DNA of 64,000 nucleotides from Candidatus Iainarchaeum sp. GTDB taxonomy: Archaea > Iainarchaeota > Iainarchaeia > Iainarchaeales > JAGVWC01. Numbering within the stretch: position 1 is the first letter of the stretch; every line of letters begins with the position of its first letter. Location: assembly GCA_018304465.1 (NCBI GenBank), contig JAGVWC010000009.1, positions 32,001 through 96,000 of the forward strand, written 5' to 3'. Positions 40,751 to 50,545 of this stretch are shown one piece after another. Both the position numbers and the translations under genes were made by a program. Under the pieces are notes generated by a model. That model was not told the DNA's origin and did not search any database. It worked only from the letters and a program-made list of their open reading frames with translations.

Positions 40751-43700
40751 ATGCGTTTAGTTGTATTGTTTTTTATCGTCGCGATGATGGTGCCAGCGTT
40801 TGGCCAAGTCAACGTGATGGTAAATGACACCCTCGAACCGAATCAAGCGGATGATTTGCGGATCGGATTCCACATCAGTTTTGGTCGAACGCGGTATTCA
40901 GCGGATTTTACGAATAACCTGCTGGGACCCACGAATTTTGAAGATGGCGGCAATTGGGGATTGTTTCAGTATACTGGAGAATGGGGGCTTTCGTCCAATC
41001 CGTCCGGAGTAACGCTTTCATTGGATTCTTCCGCCGGAAATTTCATGCATGGAAAATCAAGCCAGAAAATCGCGGTGACGTCGGGTTCCGCGGTTCCGCT
41101 GAGCATGGGACAATACCAATCGTATAAAGAATTTCAGGTCGGGCCCACGTACGAGTTTTCGTGTTATATGAAACAACAGGGATTAACGCAAAATCCGCGG
41201 CTTCGAATCAGGTATCAGTGTCCGGAAGGACTCGTGGACCGATTTGAGGAATTTCCCGTATCGGATTCGTGGCAAAAATACGCGTTTCGTTTTTCGTTTA
41301 ACCAAAAATGCGCTCCGGCGGACCCCATTCAGGGAAGCGGAAGCAGCACCCGCGTCGATGTATTGAGCACCGGAACGCTTTGGGTGGACAGTTGCCAGTT
41401 GGTGGACCTAAACGATACCACGGACTGGGGGTTGTCGGCGCGGATGATTGAAGCCGTCAAAAAACTTCGCCCGGGAACGATTCGTTGGGGCGGACTCAGC
41501 GCAAACCCGATCGCGCCAAACAACATTATGGTGTCAAACCCTTTCGAAGCGACGTTGTATCAATCCGCGACCGGGGGATACGGCAGTCAGACCATGACTT
41601 TGAACCAGTTCATGAAACTGACCCAATTATCCGGAGCGGATCCGCAATGGGTGCTTTCCCAGCGGTTTTCGATGCAGGATCACACGAATTTTTTCGAGTA
41701 TTTGTTCGGCCCCGAATCGTCGGTGTACGGAAGCAAACGCACGGCGGATGGATACGGACCTTGGACCGGAAAATTCAAAAACTGGTTTTTCGAACTGGGA
41801 AACGAATTGCTGTGCTGTCCGTCGGATTCGTGCACGCCGCTTGCCTCGGGAGCCCCGTTGTGCGCGAATGGTTCGAACCAACTGCTGACCGCGGGCCCGT
41901 ACGCGGACTGGTCAACGGCACGCATCAACCATTTGAAAAACAATCCGCATTGGGATTTAAGCAAAATGAAAGTGGGTTTTGGAACCTGGTATTTTGGAAA
42001 AGAAGCGTACTCGCGTTTGACGTTAACTGAAGAAGCCGCGAACACCAACGGCGGAAAAGGGGATTTTTTGTTGACGGCCGAGTATTATCCGGATAACCCT
42101 TCTGCGTATTACACCACTCCAACCACCAATGCGAGCAAAAACCCGTTTTCTAATGCCACGGATTACTATAATGTGATCATGGGCGAGTCGGCGTACGGCG
42201 AAAAAATCCTGCAATATCACTTGGCGCTCTCGCAAGCCAGTTACACCAAACAATTACCCTATGGTTTTTATGAAGCGGGCGCAGCGGGAACCAAAACCGC
42301 GGGAACCCAGTTCAATCTGGAAACCTCGCAGGGGTTCGGAATATCCGCAGTGGATTTGGCGGTTAACATGCGCCGCATCGGCATGCTGATGATGGGCAGT
42401 TTCGCGTTAAACGGATTGGGTTGGAGCTGGGGATACATGGATAATTACCCCGTGCTCAAAAAACGGCCCAGCTATTATTTGTCGGAAATGTACGGGAGTT
42501 TTACCCGCGGAAAAATGCTGACCACGACGTTGTCCGGAAACATCATGACGTTTGATCCGTACGGTCCTGCCGCCGGCAGCGTGACCATTCCGGGAATGGA
42601 ACGATATCCGCAAACGTATCCGCAAGACGTGCCCGAAATCGCGGTGTACCCATTCAAATACAATAACCGGTATTCGTTTTTGATCATTAACCGAAGCCAA
42701 ACCAACACGATTCCGGTCAGCTTAAGCCTGCCGTACTCGCCGTCGAGTACGGCGCAGATTCATTTCGTGACGGCGGATTCGATCCAGGCCAACAATAACA
42801 CAACGGAAACCGTGAAACTACAGCACCAAACCGTTTCGAATTTTTCGAATAATTACACGGTGCAAGCCAAACCGTTTTCGGCGTACGTCGTCGTTAATTA
42901 CGCGGCGTCCACCACGGTTTGTTTGGATGAAGACCAAGACGGGTACGGAGCAAACGAATACGAAATCGCGCAATGTTCCGCTTCGACCACCAAAGTGGAT
43001 TGTGATGACGTGAATCCCCGCATCAAACCCGATAACTCAAACGCGTTTTGCGACTGTAATCCTTCGGATGGATATTACATCGGCGGATTCGAAATCACGG
43101 ACAGCATCGACAATGATTGCGACGGAACCGTGGATGACTTGAACGGACCGGTTCAGCCGCCGGTTTGTCTTGATTCCGATCATGACAATTACACGAGCGC
43201 CACCTGCGGCGGATCCGACTGCGACGATTCCAACGCGTCGATTCATCCGAACCAGACGGAAGTGTGCTCGGATTTGCGGGACAATGATTGCAACGGAAAA
43301 TCGGATTGTAACGACGCGTCGTGCAGTCAGTTTCCCGCGTGTCTCCAGCTTACCTGTACGGACGCGGATAACGACGGTTACGGCAGCGCGAATCTTTCGC
43401 AATGCGCGAATTCCCAGTTGGATTGCGTGGACACGAATGCCTTGATTAATCCCGGAAGAACCGAAGTCTGTGGAAACGGAGTGGATGAAGACTGTAACGC
43501 CGCAAACGATTTGTGCCCCGCGGGGCCCGCATGCACGCTGAACGCGGATTGTAATTCGGGTTTTTTGTGTTGCAATAGCGCATGTCGGGTCAGCGCGTGT
43601 ACTTCGGATGCCAATTGTAGCGCTGGAAAACGATGCGAAAACCCGGGTACTTGCGCCGCGACTTGCGTCACCGCGCCGCTTCCACCCGTGTGTACGGTGG

Positions 43701-44509
43701 ACGCCAATTGTAGTGGTGGAAAATTGTGTTGTAGCGGCGCGTGCATCACTGCGGCCTGCAGTTCTACCACGCCTTGTCCAACCGGATTCGAATGCAAAGA
43801 AACTGGGTCCTGCGGAGCATATTGTTCGTTGATTCCGTTGAAAAAATTCAAGATTACGACCCCCGCGTTTTTGGTGAACGGCCAGTCCTTTACCGTGAAT
43901 GTAAAAGACGAACTGGGAACCGTTTTGTCCGGAGTACGCGTACAGTACGGAGATGAGAACAAACAAACCGATGGAAATGGATCGGTTTCGTTTGTGGCTA
44001 AAACGGGTAAAACCGTTGTGGAAGTGGCCAAAGACGGGTATCAAACCGCAAAAATCGTAAAATTCATCAAATCCAGCGGAAGCGCGGGACCCAACAACCC
44101 GGTTTCAACGGTTGCGGGAGAAATCCAGTTATCCTTGGTGGATGAAAATATTTTCGTGAATGAAGAATTTGTCGTGATTGTTACGGACGATAATGGCTCG
44201 CCGCTTCCAAACGCCACGATTCGATACGGAAATCAAACAAAGCAAACGGATGAAGAAGGAACCGTTACCCTGACCGCACAAAAAAATGTGGTGGCGATTA
44301 CCGCTTCGAGCGGAGCCAAACGCAGTTCGTTAACTATTTTTCCAAAAACAAACCCTGTGACCCCGGATGGCGGAGAAGAACCGCAACCGGAACCCGGTGC
44401 GATTGACTGGATTGCCGTTGTCGGCGGCATCGCGGTAGTCTTGTTTTTGATCGTGTTGGGTTTACGCGTGTATTACATGGTTCGAAGAAACCAGCCCGCT
44501 AATCCGTGA
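40751..44509 (+). CDS. Membrane-anchored multidomain glycoside hydrolase (clan GH-A, GH51-like) with metal-binding and Cys-rich repeats
   Basis: Signal peptide; CBM-like region; LRPGTIRWGG and FELGNEL; DxDxDG/DNDCDG repeats; Cys repeats; two Ig-like repeats; C-terminal TM. Confidence 0.8.
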   Translation: MRLVVLFFIVAMMVPAFGQVNVMVNDTLEPNQADDLRIGFHISFGRTRYSADFTNNLLGPTNFEDGGNWGLFQYTGEWGLSSNPSGVTLSLDSSAGNFMHGKSSQKIAVTSGSAVPLSMGQYQSYKEFQVGPTYEFSCYMKQQGLTQNPRLRIRYQCPEGLVDRFEEFPVSDSWQKYAFRFSFNQKCAPADPIQGSGSSTRVDVLSTGTLWVDSCQLVDLNDTTDWGLSARMIEAVKKLRPGTIRWGGLSANPIAPNNIMVSNPFEATLYQSATGGYGSQTMTLNQFMKLTQLSGADPQWVLSQRFSMQDHTNFFEYLFGPESSVYGSKRTADGYGPWTGKFKNWFFELGNELLCCPSDSCTPLASGAPLCANGSNQLLTAGPYADWSTARINHLKNNPHWDLSKMKVGFGTWYFGKEAYSRLTLTEEAANTNGGKGDFLLTAEYYPDNPSAYYTTPTTNASKNPFSNATDYYNVIMGESAYGEKILQYHLALSQASYTKQLPYGFYEAGAAGTKTAGTQFNLETSQGFGISAVDLAVNMRRIGMLMMGSFALNGLGWSWGYMDNYPVLKKRPSYYLSEMYGSFTRGKMLTTTLSGNIMTFDPYGPAAGSVTIPGMERYPQTYPQDVPEIAVYPFKYNNRYSFLIINRSQTNTIPVSLSLPYSPSSTAQIHFVTADSIQANNNTTETVKLQHQTVSNFSNNYTVQAKPFSAYVVVNYAASTTVCLDEDQDGYGANEYEIAQCSASTTKVDCDDVNPRIKPDNSNAFCDCNPSDGYYIGGFEITDSIDNDCDGTVDDLNGPVQPPVCLDSDHDNYTSATCGGSDCDDSNASIHPNQTEVCSDLRDNDCNGKSDCNDASCSQFPACLQLTCTDADNDGYGSANLSQCANSQLDCVDTNALINPGRTEVCGNGVDEDCNAANDLCPAGPACTLNADCNSGFLCCNSACRVSACTSDANCSAGKRCENPGTCAATCVTAPLPPVCTVDANCSGGKLCCSGACITAACSSTTPCPTGFECKETGSCGAYCSLIPLKKFKITTPAFLVNGQSFTVNVKDELGTVLSGVRVQYGDENKQTDGNGSVSFVAKTGKTVVEVAKDGYQTAKIVKFIKSSGSAGPNNPVSTVAGEIQLSLVDENIFVNEEFVVIVTDDNGSPLPNATIRYGNQTKQTDEEGTVTLTAQKNVVAITASSGAKRSSLTIFPKTNPVTPDGGEEPQPEPGAIDWIAVVGGIAVVLFLIVLGLRVYYMVRRNQPANP

Positions 44510-45248
44510 ACCGTTGTGAAAGCGCGTGGAATTCGTGTTCCCACAGTTCTTTTGGAAACGTCACGGGTCCCAGCGGAAGAAAACCGGTAGTAAACAATCC
44601 TGTTTGGTCGAGCTGTTTTCCGAACACGAATTCGAAGTACCCGGGCAAATGCGCGTATTCGCGGATGACCATGCGAATGTGGTACGGTGACAGGAATTTT
44701 CCGTGATGTGACAATAATTCGAATTCGTGGCTTGCGAAAAAATCGAGAAAACCGTGAAGAGATTCTTTGGGCTGGGATAATTCGCGTTGGTTGGATACGC
44801 CGGGCTTGTGAAGGGATTCGCACACGATGTTTCCGGCGCCATCCGAAAAAACGCTTCCGACAAAACCGTTTCCCGGATTCGTGATCTGGGTCGTGACCAG
44901 ATAAGAATAATCCAACAGAACCGACGGGTTGTTGGCGATCCATTTTTCGACTTCCGAAAACGATTTTACGCCAAACAAGTATCCTTTGGTTAATTGCGGC
45001 GTGCGTTCTCGGTCCGAGGGTTCAAAAATAAACAAGCATGGAGAAAACTGGTTGACGAATACGCGTATTTTTTCCTGCAACTGCAAAAGATCCGACGGGT
45101 TTTTAGGGGAAAAAGATTCCCATTTCACGGTTGAAAGACCCAACGCCAGAATTTTTTCATAAACGTCGGTCGTTGAAGCCGCGTTTTGAATCGATTTGTT
45201 TTGACCCGCTTTTTGCAACGCGTTTTCCCATTGATTCCACGTGGCCAT
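44499..45248 (-). CDS. Hypothetical protein
   Basis: 249-aa ORF with normal composition; no motif recognised. Confidence 0.6.
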   Translation of the reverse strand: MATWNQWENALQKAGQNKSIQNAASTTDVYEKILALGLSTVKWESFSPKNPSDLLQLQEKIRVFVNQFSPCLFIFEPSDRERTPQLTKGYLFGVKSFSEVEKWIANNPSVLLDYSYLVTTQITNPGNGFVGSVFSDGAGNIVCESLHKPGVSNQRELSQPKESLHGFLDFFASHEFELLSHHGKFLSPYHIRMVIREYAHLPGYFEFVFGKQLDQTGLFTTGFLPLGPVTFPKELWEHEFHALSQRFTD

Positions 45249-45387
45249 ATCGTTTTTTCGAAGACCAAAAAATTATTAATTCAGTTGACTGGTTCAACCT
45301 TTGGATCCGAAGGAAAAATTTTCGAAAAAATCCTTTTCAACCAAAAACCGTTTTTTTAACAGGGTTGATTCGATGTCGTTCCCTTTG

Positions 45388-46191
45388 TCAGTTTCTTTTC
45401 ATGCGCGATTTTTTCAGCGCTTTTGTTCTAGAGCAGCCCATTTCTTTTAGCCAGCGCGCTTTGAGGCTCGCATGATCCTGGAAAAATCCAGAATGATAAT
45501 TTGGATTGGGGCGAAAAATGTCGATTTCCTGCCAAAACAGGCTGGTGTCCAAAAGGGGGCGCAAGCTTGCCGCCGCGACCTGATAGCAACGCAGCCAGTA
45601 ACGTTTGTCGGCAAATGGACGCTCGCCGTGTTTTTCCGTGCTGCCAACATTGATGAATACGCCACGCACGTTCCCTCGAACTTGGTTTCGAATATATTCG
45701 CGGAGCAGGTTCTTGGATTTTGAGTAGGATTGCCACCATGGAACGACAAAACGGTCACTGATTGATCCGAAGGCGCACAGCGTCAGGACGTTTTTTTTTC
45801 TCTTACCCCAAGATTTTGCTCGCTTCAGAAGTGGCTCTGTCAAGTTTTTGAATCCAGAAAAATTACTGGAAAAGACGTCGTCGTCAATGCCATCGCGATC
45901 CGCATCATATTTGGGCCGTCCGGTCTTTTCGAAAAAGAATGGTCCAATGGCATATACCAGTATGATTTCACGATAATGCCGAAGCGGAAGATCGGAAATG
46001 AACCGTTCGGAACTCTGGGAATCAAGAACGTTCACCGCATACAGGTTTTTTTTTGGATCCGCGGTGTTTTGGGAAATACCGACACATTGTGTGTTCGGAA
46101 GCGAACCTAGAAAACGCGAAAACGTTTCACCCATCTTGCCGCGTGCGCCGGCGACAATAACGAGTCGAAAGGATTCTTTTGCTTGCGCCAT
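45388..46191 (-). CDS. Divergent Rossmann/SDR-like protein
   Basis: VAGARGKMG, FGSIS, YSKSK. Confidence 0.65.
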   Translation of the reverse strand: MAQAKESFRLVIVAGARGKMGETFSRFLGSLPNTQCVGISQNTADPKKNLYAVNVLDSQSSERFISDLPLRHYREIILVYAIGPFFFEKTGRPKYDADRDGIDDDVFSSNFSGFKNLTEPLLKRAKSWGKRKKNVLTLCAFGSISDRFVVPWWQSYSKSKNLLREYIRNQVRGNVRGVFINVGSTEKHGERPFADKRYWLRCYQVAAASLRPLLDTSLFWQEIDIFRPNPNYHSGFFQDHASLKARWLKEMGCSRTKALKKSRMKRN

Positions 46192-46281
46192 ACTTAAATT
46201 CGGTTATCTTCCCTATTCTACTTCCCGTTCAAGCGGTTTTTAACCGTTTAGTTTAAATTGTTCGACAGGCCACTTGTTCTA

Positions 46282-47136
46282 ATGCCCTTGGAATTTGTCT
46301 TGCCATTCGGAAAAAAAAGCGGCCTGAAAAACTTGATTTTCAGCATTCTGGCCAATGAACACCCCTTGCGTCTCATCAACCTGGTTACGCGTATCCGTCG
46401 ACGGTACGGAAAAGAGGTTTCGTTCCAAGCCGTGCGCAAAGCGGTGCTTGGACTCGTAGAGGAAGGTATTTTGGTGCGCGAGGAAAACAGGTATTCAATT
46501 GACAAGGCATGGTTGCGCGGAATCAAACAGTCAGTTGACGCATTGTACGCGGACCTGAACGAGGAAAAAAGCACCGCAAAGCGGACGGAATCGATTCGAG
46601 GAGAAGTATCGATTTTTTCCTTCGATTCGCTTAACTCCATGGTGTTGTTTTGGCAAGATATAATTTCGAACTGGTTTTCATCCTTCAAAAAAGGTGATTA
46701 CAACATGAATTGCTACCAGGCCGCACATGCATGGGAAAGCTTACTTCACTTGGAACGCGAAAAGACGGTAATGGGCCAGTTGCGCAAAAAGAGAATCAAA
46801 AGCGTGATTGTCTGTATGGGCAATACGCCATTAGACCACAACATCATGCGTTTTTACAAAAAAATCGGGGTCAAAATGGTCATTCGACCGTCATTTTCGC
46901 AGTTTGATCGTGGGCATTATTTGGCAACATACGGCGATCTCGTAGTGCAAACCCAGTACCCGGGCGAAATTATGCGCGCCCTTGAACGCTTTTTCAAGAA
47001 AAACAAGTCTCTTGAAGACCTTGACCTGAAAGCATTGTCGGACATCGCCAACCAAAAATGCGCCTTGAAACTCACGGTAATCAAAAACCTTGAAATGGCA
47101 CGACAACTCAATCGTTCGATTATGGCCGTGCCTTAA
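46282..47136 (+). CDS. Winged-HTH transcriptional regulator (TrmB-like architecture)
   Basis: N-terminal VSFQAVRKAVLGLVEEGIL wHTH, C-terminal effector-type domain; divergent from the SDR-like gene. Confidence 0.7.
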   Translation: MPLEFVLPFGKKSGLKNLIFSILANEHPLRLINLVTRIRRRYGKEVSFQAVRKAVLGLVEEGILVREENRYSIDKAWLRGIKQSVDALYADLNEEKSTAKRTESIRGEVSIFSFDSLNSMVLFWQDIISNWFSSFKKGDYNMNCYQAAHAWESLLHLEREKTVMGQLRKKRIKSVIVCMGNTPLDHNIMRFYKKIGVKMVIRPSFSQFDRGHYLATYGDLVVQTQYPGEIMRALERFFKKNKSLEDLDLKALSDIANQKCALKLTVIKNLEMARQLNRSIMAVP

Positions 47137-47166
47137 TTGAAAAAAAAAGCACGGTTGAAGGGATAT

Positions 47167-47197
47167 GACTTTTACAGCATTAGCCCCGGAGAAAATA
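47167..47197 (+). repeat. att-like site 1 (outermost)
   Basis: GACTTTTacagcaTTAGCCCCGGAGAAAATA; 18/18 identical to 50423-50440. Confidence 0.75.
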
Positions 47198-47257
47198 CAT
47201 CTGAAACTGTGCAAAAAAGAGTTTCCGAAACAAATTCTCCAGGCACTTGGAAATTGA

Positions 47258-48328
47258 TCAGGGATAAAAATCGATTCGCGGATCAACAAACTTTTTCCAG
47301 TATTCCTTTTTTTCCGTCACATTTTGCGGAACGGTGTAAATATCCGAGCGGAGAGGCTTTCCCGCCACACTTTCTTTCATAGCGCGGGTCGGCTTCCAGT
47401 CCAAGCCAATTTTTTTCATCGCTTTTTGAAACAGATAACATCGGAGTTCAAGCATTTTTTGTTTCAGTTTTTCCTTGTCCAAACCTGCAAGTCGTTCCCA
47501 CTGTGCGACCGAAAAATCAGACAACACCATTTCCAATTCTCGGATTTTTTCAAACGGAACTGGCTTTTTATCCAGCAACACCGCCCAATGAGTCAGCCCG
47601 TTAATTGGGTCGCCCTCATATGCGCTGTGTGCAGAGACGGTATCTATTTTGATTCGCACGTTTTCGTAGACACAAAAAATTTGTAGGTCTTTTCCCGGCA
47701 ATGCGCTCGCTTGAGGCCAAAGTTCTGTTGCCTTTAAATTTAACACTTCTTTTATTGCCAACGAGTGGTTTTTCCCGAATACGTTCGTGGCATCATACGG
47801 ACCGTTGACTTCGATCCCAAAATCAGTGTAAATGTCTGAGTACAACCCGTTAATGACGTGGTATCCGGCCATATACAACCGTCCTAATTGGCGTGCGATG
47901 TCGGGAGTGGCTTTCAAAAATGCGATTTCTTTAAGCATTTTTTGAATTTCGTCTTCCGAATAGACTGAATTGATTCCATCTACGCAAAATGGGTTGGAGT
48001 GGCGTTGTATATTGTTGATTTCATAAAAAAATTCAACCAATTCCAGTCTTTTTTTTTTGCTAATCTTCGCGAGTTTCAATTCCGTTGTGAGAAAGAAAAG
48101 TTGGGTGCTGAGCGCGCTTGGATTTGGAAACAATTTGGCCAATTCTTTCTTGCTCAGTCCGCTTTCGTCGCATTTTTTCTTCAAGTTTGCCAAGAAGTCA
48201 ATCCATTCTTTTGCGTATAAGGAGTGCATGGCAATAAAATCAACTGGCTGAAGCGTAGTCGTATCCATCCCGACAAGTGCGTCCGAAAATCCGTCCACCA
48301 GTGGGTCTAACCAGGCATCATTTTTCAA
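47258..48328 (-). CDS. Hypothetical protein
   Basis: Long ORF; TTG start overlapping the end of the PEP-mobile gene inferred. Confidence 0.65.
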   Translation of the reverse strand: MKNDAWLDPLVDGFSDALVGMDTTTLQPVDFIAMHSLYAKEWIDFLANLKKKCDESGLSKKELAKLFPNPSALSTQLFFLTTELKLAKISKKKRLELVEFFYEINNIQRHSNPFCVDGINSVYSEDEIQKMLKEIAFLKATPDIARQLGRLYMAGYHVINGLYSDIYTDFGIEVNGPYDATNVFGKNHSLAIKEVLNLKATELWPQASALPGKDLQIFCVYENVRIKIDTVSAHSAYEGDPINGLTHWAVLLDKKPVPFEKIRELEMVLSDFSVAQWERLAGLDKEKLKQKMLELRCYLFQKAMKKIGLDWKPTRAMKESVAGKPLRSDIYTVPQNVTEKKEYWKKFVDPRIDFYP

Positions 48329-48647
48329 GCGCAAACACTTCCCCGGTTTTTCCATCCATTTCAACCAGTTGTCCGTTTCGAAGGCGTACCGTCGCATCTC
48401 TTGTTCCAACCACACAAGGGATTCCCATCTCACGCGCAACAATAGCAGGATGGGACATCATAGCCCCGATATCGCAAATAATTCCGCCCGCTTTTGACAT
48501 GAGCGGAACCATTGTTGGATCAGTAATTCGCGTGACGAGGATATCGCCGTTTTGAAAAGACGGCCAGTCGGTTTTTTCCAGGATGACCTTTACTTTCCCC
48601 CTTATTTTTCCAGAACTTACCCCAACACCCTGTAAAATTTTTTCCAA
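48318..48647 (-). CDS. Stand-alone PEP-utilising enzyme mobile (phosphohistidine) domain
   Basis: GDILVTRITDP, GAMMSHPAIVAREMGIPCVVG. Confidence 0.92.
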   Translation of the reverse strand: MEKILQGVGVSSGKIRGKVKVILEKTDWPSFQNGDILVTRITDPTMVPLMSKAGGIICDIGAMMSHPAIVAREMGIPCVVGTRDATVRLRNGQLVEMDGKTGEVFALEK

Positions 48648-48658
48648 ACAACCACCCC

Positions 48659-49408
48659 TTATTTTCGCACTTGAATCGTTCTACGCGTTCCGTCACTGTA
48701 GACGAGTTGAATAACGCTTTGTCCTCGTTGTAATGCCTTGCCTACCGGTACTTTTCTTCCGGTAAGCGCTTCAACGGCATAATCTACTTGGATTGGAATT
48801 CCCTTTTCCCCGCCGTGACTCACGAAATTCAAAAAATAAACCGGAGAACCTCTGGTTAATTCTTTTCCGTGTAATCGAAAAATATCTGCAACCTCGGTCA
48901 CTTGGTGCATTTTTTCTCGCACACGCGCTTGGGATTCAAAACTTGGTACGGATTTACCGGCTCCGTATTGTTCCATTTTTCCGATAATATTTTGCTGGGC
49001 CTTTCTTGTTTTTGGATACTGTCGAAATCGTTTGTCCGTATTAACAAGGGCCAAACTTGGATTTTGAACGTGATGATGTCCTTGTACGTGAATGCCCTCA
49101 TCTGAAAGTTTTGCGGAAATACCCAAAAAGTTGGCTTGGTCTGTTTCGACCGCGCGTTGTAATGGAGAAGCGATTCCGGTATAGAAAAGGCCGCGTGCTC
49201 TAATCTGACGCCAGATGCTTGGATTTCGCTTTAAAACTTCTATGAAACGCTCGCCATGACGTGTTGCATGTGCAAGACCGGGCAAGCTAAGAGGATATTG
49301 ATTTTCGTTTGCCCAACGTCCCGGTTGCATGATGGCTCGGTCATGTCGCGTGACGGCAAAAATTCCAACCAAACGTTTGGAAGACGCAGTCCTCTTTATC
49401 GGCTTCAA
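48659..49408 (-). CDS. Divergent histidine-phosphatase-fold protein with basic N-terminus
   Basis: TRHD, ASPLQRAVET, FVSHGG. Confidence 0.65.
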   Translation of the reverse strand: MKPIKRTASSKRLVGIFAVTRHDRAIMQPGRWANENQYPLSLPGLAHATRHGERFIEVLKRNPSIWRQIRARGLFYTGIASPLQRAVETDQANFLGISAKLSDEGIHVQGHHHVQNPSLALVNTDKRFRQYPKTRKAQQNIIGKMEQYGAGKSVPSFESQARVREKMHQVTEVADIFRLHGKELTRGSPVYFLNFVSHGGEKGIPIQVDYAVEALTGRKVPVGKALQRGQSVIQLVYSDGTRRTIQVRK

Positions 49409-49454
49409 CGGTGCTCACCTTGACAATTTATTCAATAAACCTGCAAAGGCTTTT

Positions 49455-49680
49455 TTAAGGTGCTTTTCCCAACTTTGGTTGAAGCGCCAGTAAAATCGCT
49501 TTTGTTTGTTATTCCAGTGCCGCCATGCGCGCTTCGAGCTCTTTTTCTCGGCCCAGTTTTTCGGCCACGACCTTTGGATTGATTGAGATGCCGCAGGTCG
49601 GACAAACCCTGGTGATTTTTTTTGGGTTACGAATACCACAAAATCTGAAATATGCGGAAAAAATTGTTTCGGGGTTAGGG
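49455..49680 (-). pseudogene. Zinc-ribbon plus coiled-coil remnant, possibly an integrase C-terminus
   Basis: FRFCGIRNP...VCPTCGISI...ELEARMAALE*QTKAILL; no start codon, internal stop. Confidence 0.45.
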
Positions 49681-50121
49681 TTGAGAATGATGTGTGAGGA
49701 AGTCTCTCGGCGATACGACCTTGATTTTTTGCAATTCTTTTATCTTGAGCACGTTCTTGTCTCCGCTAATTAAAAAATCTGCATTAGCAGTTAGAGCGCA
49801 ATGAAAAAACTTGTCATCGTCGGGGTCTTCTGGCACGACTTTCGGCAAATACTTGGGTTGCACAAAAGCTGATTTTTGCTCGAAAGCCGCAAGCGCAAAA
49901 TCTCGAAATTCAACGGATGCGTACTTGGCGATTGCGTCGCGACCTAACACCCCCCTGATTTCACCCAAGATTTCTTCAGTCGCAAAGTTCTGGATTTTGT
50001 CAGAAAGCAACAACTTGAAAATATTGGCAGGCGGGCTTTCGCGCGACAACACAGCCGAAATAATGACGTTGGTGTCCAGTACCACATTAGGCTTTCTTTC
50101 GGGTTTTTCGGATAACGTCAT
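49675..50121 (-). CDS. PIN-domain toxin (VapC-like)
   Basis: VVLDTNVIISA, DPDDDKF, LISGDK. Confidence 0.92.
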   Translation of the reverse strand: MTLSEKPERKPNVVLDTNVIISAVLSRESPPANIFKLLLSDKIQNFATEEILGEIRGVLGRDAIAKYASVEFRDFALAAFEQKSAFVQPKYLPKVVPEDPDDDKFFHCALTANADFLISGDKNVLKIKELQKIKVVSPRDFLTHHSQP

Positions 50122-50344
50122 TGATTTCTTCCTCGGTAAACTTGTTTTTGACGCCGGCACGCAAACGCTGGAATTCGGATACCAATTTCTGTGTATTCAT
50201 TTTCTTTAAAACAATAGTGTTCTTGTCCAACGGAGAAACCGTAAAAATCGTCTCCGATTCGGATTCCGTGAATTCACGCGTTTTTTTCGGAATAACAAGC
50301 TGGCCCTTAGTGGACATACGAGTCGTTTCAACAATTGTTTCCAT
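50087..50344 (-). CDS. AbrB/MazE-family antitoxin
   Basis: MSTKGQLVIPKKTRE; upstream of and overlapping the PIN gene. Confidence 0.9.
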   Translation of the reverse strand: METIVETTRMSTKGQLVIPKKTREFTESESETIFTVSPLDKNTIVLKKMNTQKLVSEFQRLRAGVKNKFTEEEINDVIRKTRKKA

Positions 50345-50389
50345 TCGTTTCACCCTGATACTATTAAAGGACAACCAATTTTTAAAACT

Positions 50390-50424
50390 TCTTAAAAGTA
50401 GGAAAATCTTAAAAGTAAGATTTT
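50390..50424. promoter_or_regulatory. Tandem palindromic operator of the TA operon
   Basis: TCTTAAAAGTA(G/A)GA at 50390 and 50407; the second is inside a perfect AAAATCTT/AAGATTTT inverted repeat next to the TATA box. Confidence 0.6.
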
Positions 50425-50488
50425 AGCCCCGGAGAAAATAACAGGGGAAGAGTAGGAGCCCAACCTCTTTTCGGCTTTTTGTCTTGCC
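50423..50488 (+). repeat. att-like site 2
   Basis: 54/66 ungapped identity to 52943-53008. Confidence 0.85.
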
Positions 50489-50545
50489 TTTTTTTTTATG
50501 AGTTGTACGTAAGGGTTTTTAGAGACTTGTGCCAAAATAACTTTA

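Noticed and set aside
45250-45387. Short palindromes between two minus-strand genes
   Set aside because: Low-complexity A/T-rich sequence with no coherent fold and no att core.
48461-48468. TAGCCCCG match to the att core
   Set aside because: Only 8 bp, inside the conserved PEP-mobile coding sequence, with no arms; probably chance.
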